A DNA stretch of 9,001 nucleotides from Promethearchaeota archaeon (lineage in GTDB: Archaea > Asgardarchaeota > Odinarchaeia > Odinarchaeales > JBHLKK01), in contig JBHLPL010000081.1 in NCBI GenBank assembly GCA_048939465.1, forward strand, positions 1 through 9,001. Direction: 5' to 3'. The notes under the pieces were generated by a model that did not search any database, was not told the DNA's origin, and worked only from the letters and a program-made list of their open reading frames with translations. The stretch's first letter is position 1; every line of letters begins with the position of its first letter. The position numbers were made by a program, and so were the translations under genes. Shown here one piece after another: positions 1 through 6,890 of the stretch.

Positions 1-283
1 ATCGCAAATCGTGACGGTACATGACAAGCTTGCCGCCAATTTTCGTGGCTTTTTCTCCATTTCCAAAGGACACTTCCCTTACAGGAGGTCTCAGCATTTC
101 CTCCAGAGTCCCCACATTCTTCTTGTATTTCGGATCTTCATAAAGGGGAGTGCATAGCTTCAAATCGACTGTCCTCTCTGCAAGCTTTGTTGCAAGAGCC
201 ATACAGTTCTTTTCCCCACAGATTTCACAGTTTGTCTGTGGAAGCAATCGGTATACATCTAGCGGACCAATTTTCTTGACCAT
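1..283 (-). CDS. cdhE: ACDS complex gamma subunit (corrinoid Fe-S protein large subunit), 5' part only; runs off the left edge
   Basis: Not in the ORF track; translated by hand from ATG at 283: MVKKIGPLDVYRLLPQTNCEICGEKNCMALATKLAERTVDLKLCTPLYEDPKYKKNVGTLEEMLRPPVREVSFGNGEKATKIGGKLVMYRHDLR. It has the CdhE/AcsC N-terminal [4Fe-4S] motif LPxTNCxxCGxxxCMA...C and the IGG...YRH motif, and lies 9 nt downstream of cdhD. Confidence 0.96.
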   Translation of the reverse strand, partial: MVKKIGPLDVYRLLPQTNCEICGEKNCMALATKLAERTVDLKLCTPLYEDPKYKKNVGTLEEMLRPPVREVSFGNGEKATKIGGKLVMYRHDLR

Positions 284-292
284 CGTAAGTCC

Positions 293-1513
293 CTATTCCT
301 CTATTTTCAGATCAGCCCATCTGGCGAAGTATTCGGGATTCTTCTTTCGCTTCTCTGTTGCCCACGCTGTAATATCTTTTATAGTTTTTATCGCTGCTGG
401 ATGCATCATCATAAACAGATCCCCGCCAGCCAAAAGCAATGTCAAGGCAGTTATAGCTTCCCAAACAGGACCGCGGAATTCACGAGGTCCAAGTTCAGGA
501 GCCTTCTTCCAAGCTTCCCGGGCAGCCCATGCATTGGTCGTACCACATGATATTGGCATTTGAAGCTCCTCATCACCAAGAAGGGCAGCTAAGCGCATTC
601 TTTCAATTACGGTAAATGCATATTCCAGACCATAACCTAGAGCGGCTGTTGTAGGATCTATGACTATCTGTTCCCTTGGAACATAATCTAGGAGTTTTCG
701 GTTCAGTTCTTTTTGCTGGTTGATATCAATACTAGTCCATGAAAGGACTATGTGATTATGCTTCTTAGCAGCCTCAGCGATGGGCTTATAAACATCGAGA
801 GTAGCAGAGTTTAACATGACACGTTCTCCCTCTGATACCTCTGCAGCTTTGGCCAAAACCGGCGGATCCTTTTCAGGAGAGCCTGAGCCACCTATGATTA
901 TTGGCACTTTGACTGCCTGAAGGACTTCTTCAACAGTCTTTGCCGCTTCATTAGGTGAAGTGTCCTTAATAGCCGGGTCGGTGCCGATAAGGTGAATTGT
1001 TATCATATCTGCTCCGTACTTGTTAACGTATAGTTTTGCCCATTCACCAGGATCGTCCATAACCTCTTCTAGGTGCATTCTTATAGCTTTAGCCAAAGGA
1101 ATACGTAAGTCAAATACATCAGCCGTTACTAGCGGCAGATGTGGCGTTGGCTTTTCGAAGAGGTAGAACGCAGGAGTTTTTTCACCCCCAAGAGTAAATG
1201 TATGGCTTCTGGTTCCCCCTTCGGCTTTAGTTGCTCCAAAGACTACTTCAACTACCTCTCCTGGATATTCCATGATAGGGGGTGCGAAATCGGTTTCGAT
1301 TATTGAGGTGGGTATTTCAGGTTTTGGAGCAACTTCGGGAGTGGGAGGTGCCAATTTCTGAGCAAGTGAAGGAAGGATCGACTGAGCCAGGGCAGGAAGC
1401 CATAATTCCAGAGTTTCAGCCTCAATTTCCACATCATTCAGCTGAATCTCCTTAAACTCAGCGAATTTTCTCAGAATATCATCCAGAGTAAATTTGCTCT
1501 TCTTCTCCGGCAT
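293..1513 (-). CDS. cdhD: ACDS complex delta subunit (corrinoid Fe-S protein small subunit)
   Basis: 406 aa with family motifs TLGGEKTPAFY, DPGEWAK, GADMITIHLIGTDP, PIIIGGSGSPEKD, IDPTTAALGYGLEY, NAWAAREAW and GPVWE. GGAG lies 8 nt upstream of the ATG. Located between cdhC and cdhE. Confidence 0.97.
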   Translation of the reverse strand: MPEKKSKFTLDDILRKFAEFKEIQLNDVEIEAETLELWLPALAQSILPSLAQKLAPPTPEVAPKPEIPTSIIETDFAPPIMEYPGEVVEVVFGATKAEGGTRSHTFTLGGEKTPAFYLFEKPTPHLPLVTADVFDLRIPLAKAIRMHLEEVMDDPGEWAKLYVNKYGADMITIHLIGTDPAIKDTSPNEAAKTVEEVLQAVKVPIIIGGSGSPEKDPPVLAKAAEVSEGERVMLNSATLDVYKPIAEAAKKHNHIVLSWTSIDINQQKELNRKLLDYVPREQIVIDPTTAALGYGLEYAFTVIERMRLAALLGDEELQMPISCGTTNAWAAREAWKKAPELGPREFRGPVWEAITALTLLLAGGDLFMMMHPAAIKTIKDITAWATEKRKKNPEYFARWADLKIEE

Positions 1514-1518
1514 TTTCT

Positions 1519-2934
1519 TTACTCCTTTCTCTTAATTATCATCTTTTCAGCCCGTATCTTTACGTTCTTCAAGGTGATTTTAAGACCACCAGCTGTCGGC
1601 ACACCTGCCGATATTACCGGTGTGCCGCTAACCGCCGAAAGTTCCGCAGTTAAAGGATTTGTCGAGGCCTCTGTTACTTCTGGAGCTTCTGCAACTTCCT
1701 CGGAGGGGGCCAGAGCAGCCCATCGCTCAACAACGGGATGATTCTTAGATTCAAGGAAGGCTTTTAGTTCTTCGATGTTTTTGGCATCATTTTCGGTAGG
1801 AATCTTATCTACTACGTCTGGAGGTATGAACTCCTTTACCCTGTCTTTTATAGTCTGAGGAATCCAGACTATGCGATTCCAGCCATCGTCCACCCGGAGG
1901 AATCTAGGAGAACGCATATATTCAATTGAGAGTCCATGAAACCCCTCAACCTGTCGACCTCCGGCAGTAGAATCAGCCATCGTAGAGAAAGGCAGGCCAT
2001 TTATAGCCTCACCCTTGAAGTCTCGATGTACAATTCCTAGTCCATCAACTTCTGGTATGTAGAAGCCTATTGCCTCAAAACATCCACAAGATGTGTGAGG
2101 ATATACAAAAGCACTATACAGGGTGACTCTTTCAATGGCACCAAGAGTCTTTTCCTTCATTACTTGATTAACACCCGAGTATTCCCCAGTAAACGAGTCA
2201 AGAAGGTCTCCCTTTTCTATTGTGAACAGAGGCCCTTTTGGATCTACTCTAGCTGCTGCTCTACCATCAAACCAACTTATGGCCCCGCAGTTTGAATATC
2301 TCTGCGGGGTTATTACACAACAGTGTGTTGGCGCAAAACTCTGACAGAGGGTGCAACCATAGAAGGCGTCTACCTTTTCATCTTCCAGACCTCTTGCCTT
2401 AGCATCTCGAGCATCATATACCTTTAAAGCTTCTGAATGTCTTTTTTTGACTTCATCCGGATCTGTTATGAAGGTTACCTGGATTCTTTCAATGATGGGA
2501 AGTTCACTCTTGAATAATCTTTGAAGTACCTTACCCAAATACTCGAACGTACTTAGTCCTTTTTTGAAAGATTTCTTACTTATTCGGATCCAAATATCAT
2601 ATCTTTGATTAAGATGCATAACACCCTCAAGATAGTTGGTATATTCGTGTATACGTCTCTCAATCACGCCTTCCAAGTCCTCTTCAATTTGTTTTCCAGC
2701 AACTTCAATGAGAATTCCGAAGGGGATACTGCTCCCTTCTGGGATATCCTTCAGGTCCGGTCCTATTATCGTGATTTTTCCATCTTCAATTTCGTCCATT
2801 TTCCTTGCTCTGGCTATTTCAAACTTCTGCTCTATGTTTGGTCCTCCCAACTCTGCTTGCATATCTGCTTTTCTTACTCGCTCTCCTTCGTATACCACTC
2901 CCACATCCACTGGGATATCTTTAAACTCAGACAT
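1519..2934 (-). CDS. cdhC: ACDS complex beta subunit (acetyl-CoA synthase, A-cluster), archaeal short type
   Basis: 471 aa with A-cluster ligands CTLCQSF, NCGAISW and HTSCGCFE (Cys-Gly-Cys), plus ERRIH and HLNQR. It lacks the bacterial AcsB N-terminal domain and has a Pro/Ala/Glu-rich linker and basic C-terminal tail. SD-like GAGGACGTGA at 2953-2944. Confidence 0.98.
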   Translation of the reverse strand: MSEFKDIPVDVGVVYEGERVRKADMQAELGGPNIEQKFEIARARKMDEIEDGKITIIGPDLKDIPEGSSIPFGILIEVAGKQIEEDLEGVIERRIHEYTNYLEGVMHLNQRYDIWIRISKKSFKKGLSTFEYLGKVLQRLFKSELPIIERIQVTFITDPDEVKKRHSEALKVYDARDAKARGLEDEKVDAFYGCTLCQSFAPTHCCVITPQRYSNCGAISWFDGRAAARVDPKGPLFTIEKGDLLDSFTGEYSGVNQVMKEKTLGAIERVTLYSAFVYPHTSCGCFEAIGFYIPEVDGLGIVHRDFKGEAINGLPFSTMADSTAGGRQVEGFHGLSIEYMRSPRFLRVDDGWNRIVWIPQTIKDRVKEFIPPDVVDKIPTENDAKNIEELKAFLESKNHPVVERWAALAPSEEVAEAPEVTEASTNPLTAELSAVSGTPVISAGVPTAGGLKITLKNVKIRAEKMIIKRKE

Positions 2935-3017
2935 CTTGTGTTATCACGTCCTCAAATTTGACTCAGTTTCAATGTTATTGAGTTTACCTATCATAGGCAA
3001 GATTATTCGAATGCTCC

Positions 3018-3560
3018 TTAAATTTTTTCCTCTAGTTTCTTTACAATCGTTTCGAGAGACTCCATCCAATCTTTTGATGACATATTTGGAAATGACCATG
3101 TAGCATTTGGCTGATAATACCTACCTAAGGAAATTGTTTTGATTTCCAGGGCGAAATTTTTCAGCGCGGAAAAGATCAGCCACTGCATGTAGTAAGGCAG
3201 TCCTAGTGAAAGTACGAGGTCATATTGTCCCTTCCCATCAAAACCTGCCCAACTGGAATCGTGAAGGCGATTTGCTATATCTACAACGGGCATGGAGATT
3301 GCCGATTTGAATCGATTCTCCAAGAACTTTCTTACTGAGTTGGCTGTTGCAACCAACGGCGTCTTTTTTGCTTTGGAAAGGCGTATTAGGTACTTTATAA
3401 CTTCCTTTTTGCCACTACCTTCGGTTATTTCATGTCCGACGACAATTATGGGCCTTTTTGCCTTCTTTATCATCGAGACGACAACTTCGGGCTTTGTGAT
3501 TACCAGGCTCTTTTTTGGCCCAGGTACTTCTGCTTTTTGCCAAGGCTCAGTTCTGGACAT
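3018..3560 (-). CDS. cdhB: ACDS complex epsilon subunit (CO dehydrogenase small subunit)
   Basis: 180 aa with AKRPIIVVG, YDLVLSLGLPYY and KTISLGRYYQPNATWSFPN motifs. Starts 11 nt after the cdhA stop, with SD-like GAGTGA. Confidence 0.95.
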   Translation of the reverse strand: MSRTEPWQKAEVPGPKKSLVITKPEVVVSMIKKAKRPIIVVGHEITEGSGKKEVIKYLIRLSKAKKTPLVATANSVRKFLENRFKSAISMPVVDIANRLHDSSWAGFDGKGQYDLVLSLGLPYYMQWLIFSALKNFALEIKTISLGRYYQPNATWSFPNMSSKDWMESLETIVKKLEEKI

Positions 3561-3571
3561 TGCTTTTCACT

Positions 3572-5926
3572 CTATTCTTTCTTGACGCGAATTAAGCGGG
3601 ACAGAAGGGTCGGGTCTGGGATTTCCCACTCTTTCCAACCTTTCTTTTCGAGGAATTTGAGGATCTCGTCTTTCATTGTTATTGGGACGTCTGCTATTCT
3701 TCGAACATATAAGTGAATATCATCAGGAAGCCTGCCATAGAGGCGTTTATGCAGATCTACATAGTGAGTGAGCTTTATCGCTCTTCCCTTGGTTGTATCG
3801 TTGGCTCTCATACAAAGCTTTGCTGCCATCACTAAAGCTTCTTCTTTGGTTTCGGCGGCGTAAAACAGATGCTCAGGCGCCGGTCCAACGTAGACTTTTT
3901 CGCCAGTCCGTGCGTCATAGGCATACCAGTCTTCGTCCTTGTCTTGTCTTCCAAGTAGCATCCGCCGATACTTAGAGCCGTGCGGTCCCACAATTACTGG
4001 GATGCCAAGTCTCCAGAAGCCACTGGCTATTGAGGCTGCTTTTTGGGACATTGCTCCCCAAGCTATTCCCACTGCCCCTACTCGATTATGAATATAATCA
4101 GCTATTTCTTCATAATTACCTCTTAGATTTCTTTTGGCGAATATGTTTGCAATCTTGATAGCCGCACCGGATATGTGAGCATTTGAAACGCAAGAGCCAA
4201 CATTCGCAACGCAACCAGCATCAAAGTCTCCAGGATATTTTTCGTAAATCGTTTGCCCTTCTTCATCCTTGTACATTCCTATTGACATAGCTGCACATCC
4301 ACTAGTAACCACAATGTATCGCCTTTTTGCAAACTCATCACACATTTCTGCAACTTCTTTTCCACCGTGAGGGTAGTTGGCGCATCCAACGAAAGCAACA
4401 ACTCCGGGGATTTCACCTAATACGATGGGGCGTCCCACATTTCTTATTTCTATATCTTGTATTGCTCCTCGACCTACTCGGATCTTATATTTCTCCTCTT
4501 GTGTAGTTTTTGCTGCGGATGATATTATGTAGTCATGAACAGGTATGCCTTTACGACACGCCTCCTCACAGCGTCCGCACCCTACGCATTCATCATAGAT
4601 CGCTGCCAAGAGACTCAGGTCACCTTCCTTTGCAGCCTTCATAGCTTCTGAAATGAGACGACTGTCAGGACATGCACGAACACAATCATCACACTGAATA
4701 CACGTTGCAGCCCCTTCAATCATTTCTTCTCGTGACGGGAGGATTTTGAATTTGGTTCTTTTTGGAGCTACCTCAAAGACAGTTTTCACTGCCACTTCTC
4801 CAGCCTTTTCAGGATCAAGAATTAATACACCAGGTGTTTTGCCCGATACCAGATCATTCACAATTTCATCAGCGGGGTCTTTGGTCCTATCCTCGAGCCC
4901 CAGGCAATTCTTTTCAGAGGTCGCTATGAGGGGTGCTTTTATCCTTTGTGCTTCCTGTAGAGAGTCTGCTCGAATACATTGCTCGTCAACAACAAGTACA
5001 TCCGGAATACCACTTCTTATGAATCTCAGCTGCCAAGAGATAGGCCCAACTATCTTGGCTAAATCAGAATATCGAGTAATATCTAAAGCCGTACAACATA
5101 TTCCACAGACCTCAGCTTGGTCAAGGCGACCGATGTCAGTAAGATAGTTGATTATTTCGACTGACGGAGGAACGTTATGTCCAATAACCAGAATGACAGG
5201 TTTGTCCACGTCTATCGAGCCAAAGCCAATCTCTACGAGGGGCGCTTCAGGATCTGCTTTGGGAAAATTGTATGCTGAGATTTGTGCAATGTCTGCAACT
5301 TCCATCCCCACATGATCTAGCATTCCTGCGTGAAAGACCTTAGATTCGAAGTCCAAATTATTTCCTTCTTGTCCTGTATGGGTGGCTGAGAGCATATGAG
5401 ATATTTGGCCCTCCACATAATCTAAAGCTTCTTCTAGGTCACCCAAGGTTCGGGGTCTTATCCCACAGACTAAACGCGTTACTGGAGCTTCAACTTCAAT
5501 TCCCGGCCCCATATCAACAGGACTGTCTTTACCAAATTTCTCGATAAGATACTCAAGCATATGTTTTGCATGACCCTCGTGGGTGGAAGCCCCTATGCAT
5601 GCAGCGAGTAATACTATTCGAGACTGCTGGGCAGCCATATCCAGTCCACATGCCCCCCTTTTGCCCATGGAGAGGTCACATTTTCCAAATGTGCAGAGGC
5701 AGCATAAATCACAGAAGGGCATATAAAACGGCTTATAACGATTCAGAAGCTTAAGATCCCAACTCCTTAAATCAACCGATGACGGAAAGGGGGTAGGTCC
5801 CATAGGTTCCTCCCACGTTTCATCAGTAATTCTGCCAAGAGTAATTTCAAGATTCTTAAGAGATGCTCTTCCTGAAGTTAGTTTGTCAATTTTTATTTTA
5901 ACAGAATCTTTAGCCAAATCAGTCAC
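3572..5926 (-). CDS. cdhA: ACDS complex alpha subunit (archaeal Ni-Fe CO dehydrogenase)
   Basis: 784 aa, GTG start. D/B-cluster motif CDLCCLCTFGKCDL...GACG; HxxHxxH relay (HEGHAKH); C-cluster ligands GHN, GICC, DEQC, GCANY, SGCAA, GSCVSN and the SQKA lysine; two extra ferredoxin motifs (CIQCDDCVRAC, CVGCGRCEEAC) typical of archaeal CdhA. Confidence 0.98.
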   Translation of the reverse strand: MTDLAKDSVKIKIDKLTSGRASLKNLEITLGRITDETWEEPMGPTPFPSSVDLRSWDLKLLNRYKPFYMPFCDLCCLCTFGKCDLSMGKRGACGLDMAAQQSRIVLLAACIGASTHEGHAKHMLEYLIEKFGKDSPVDMGPGIEVEAPVTRLVCGIRPRTLGDLEEALDYVEGQISHMLSATHTGQEGNNLDFESKVFHAGMLDHVGMEVADIAQISAYNFPKADPEAPLVEIGFGSIDVDKPVILVIGHNVPPSVEIINYLTDIGRLDQAEVCGICCTALDITRYSDLAKIVGPISWQLRFIRSGIPDVLVVDEQCIRADSLQEAQRIKAPLIATSEKNCLGLEDRTKDPADEIVNDLVSGKTPGVLILDPEKAGEVAVKTVFEVAPKRTKFKILPSREEMIEGAATCIQCDDCVRACPDSRLISEAMKAAKEGDLSLLAAIYDECVGCGRCEEACRKGIPVHDYIISSAAKTTQEEKYKIRVGRGAIQDIEIRNVGRPIVLGEIPGVVAFVGCANYPHGGKEVAEMCDEFAKRRYIVVTSGCAAMSIGMYKDEEGQTIYEKYPGDFDAGCVANVGSCVSNAHISGAAIKIANIFAKRNLRGNYEEIADYIHNRVGAVGIAWGAMSQKAASIASGFWRLGIPVIVGPHGSKYRRMLLGRQDKDEDWYAYDARTGEKVYVGPAPEHLFYAAETKEEALVMAAKLCMRANDTTKGRAIKLTHYVDLHKRLYGRLPDDIHLYVRRIADVPITMKDEILKFLEKKGWKEWEIPDPTLLSRLIRVKKE

Positions 5927-6139
5927 CCCTTCGGCAAGAAGACTAGAGTTTCTCCTACCTTAAAAAATTTGTGAATCCGTGTAAGTTTTGCCACGAGTCA
6001 ACAGGGTTAGTAGACAAAATGGTAAAAAATGAGTTGATTTGTTCGCTCTTCTTGACAAAAAACTAAAGTTTAATAAGTCCAAATGGGATTTGCCAAACCG
6101 ATGTTTCCATAATGTCTTCAAACAGCTGCGGGGAGAATT
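5927..6139. promoter_or_regulatory. Divergent promoter region for the cdh operon (-) and the DUF166 gene (+)
   Basis: 213-bp gap between divergent starts. TTTAATAA at 6069-6076 follows a purine-rich, BRE-like run on +, and the same element reads TTATTAAA on -. A second candidate minus-strand box (TTTTTTAA) lies at 5967-5960. SD-like GGGGAG precedes ATG 6140. Individual box assignments are inferred. Confidence 0.6.
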
Positions 6140-6847
6140 ATGATTCCGGAGATAAAGATATATACTCTTTTAGGAGGCGAGTATGGCAACAGGATAATAG
6201 AAAACCTAGTAAAGCACGGATTCGCCTCATGGATCTTCGGGGTTCACGAATTTACTCAACCGCTTCCTTCCTTCATGGATAATCCGGAGAAATATCTGCC
6301 AAAAGAAATCCCCGATTGCACCGTGGTACTTTCAATAGGAATACACCCCGATATTGCATCAATGTTACCTACGATAGCGAAGAAGAGTGGTGCAAAGGCT
6401 GTCATTGTACCTGTTAGTGATCCGGATTGGGTTCCTTATGGAATGCAGAAGCAGATCGAAGAAGAATTGGGAGAGATGGGAGTCGGTTCAACATTTCCTC
6501 GACCGTTTTGCTCTCTTAAAGAGGTAGGCAATCCGTGGATTGATACTTGCGCTAAGCATTTCGGGCTTCCACTTCTTCGTGTCAAATTGAATGAGCAAAA
6601 GGATAGCATTCTGAGAGTAGATGTGTTGAGGGGGGCCCCATGTGGTTCTACGTGGTATGTTGCAAAGAAGTTGGAGGGGGCATCCGTAGAAGGGGCAGCT
6701 GAAAAGGCAGGAATAGAGCTTCATACCTATCCGTGTCTAGCATCGATGAAGACAGACCCTCTAATTAAGGATGCGCTTTTACATGTATCAGGATACAATG
6801 CCAAGAACGCCTTAGAAGAAGCGATAATGAGAGAACGAGAGAAGTAG
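6140..6847 (+). CDS. DUF166-family protein (sometimes annotated as an archaeal thymidylate synthase; function not secure)
   Basis: 235 aa. Recognised by motifs GIHPD, KAVIVP, FPRPFCSL, FGLP, RGAPCGSTWYVAKKL, YPCLAS and LHVSG. Family assignment is from memory of motifs, not from a search. Confidence 0.82.
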   Translation: MIPEIKIYTLLGGEYGNRIIENLVKHGFASWIFGVHEFTQPLPSFMDNPEKYLPKEIPDCTVVLSIGIHPDIASMLPTIAKKSGAKAVIVPVSDPDWVPYGMQKQIEEELGEMGVGSTFPRPFCSLKEVGNPWIDTCAKHFGLPLLRVKLNEQKDSILRVDVLRGAPCGSTWYVAKKLEGASVEGAAEKAGIELHTYPCLASMKTDPLIKDALLHVSGYNAKNALEEAIMREREK

Positions 6848-6850
6848 AAC

Positions 6851-6889
6851 AGCTTTGACGAGAATCGGGATGCATCCCTTGTCTCAGCT
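6851..6889. terminator. Inverted repeat between convergent genes; possible bidirectional terminator or 3'-end stabilising hairpin
   Basis: Perfect 12-bp palindrome GGGATGCATCCC at 6867-6878, flanked by GAGA/TCTC and AGCT/AGCT arms, fills most of the 43-bp gap. No strong oligo-T tract follows, so function is uncertain. Confidence 0.45.
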
Positions 6890-6890
6890 A

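Noticed and set aside
281-295. The cdhD amber stop is in frame with the cdhE ATG (TAG GGA CTT ACG ATG), so readthrough or pyrrolysine would give a CdhD-CdhE fusion
   Set aside because: One in three junctions is in frame by chance. TAG is an ordinary stop here (cdhA, cdhD, DUF166, hdrC), and no pyl genes are visible.
150-563. 137-aa plus-strand ORF
   Set aside because: Antisense shadow of cdhE/cdhD with no recognisable motif.
2944-2994. 16-codon minus-strand mini-ORF (MIGKLNNIETESNLRT) in the cdhB-cdhC spacer
   Set aside because: The nearest GGAG is 19 nt upstream, the peptide has no recognisable motif, and ORFs this short are expected by chance.
2095-3716. Plus-strand ORFs 2095-2295, 2605-2961, 2636-3103, 3292-3585 and 3432-3716
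   Set aside because: Antisense to well-conserved cdhC, cdhB and cdhA, with Ser/Phe/Ile-rich composition typical of reverse-strand shadows.
5568-5597. CdhA histidine relay reads ASTHEGHAKH, and the second ferredoxin motif ends CR rather than CP
   Set aside because: All three His and all cluster Cys are kept; without an alignment I cannot show these changes exceed normal family variation.
3793-5754. Plus-strand ORFs 3793-3975, 4746-5147 and 5566-5754
   Set aside because: Entirely antisense within cdhA, with no independent coding signal.
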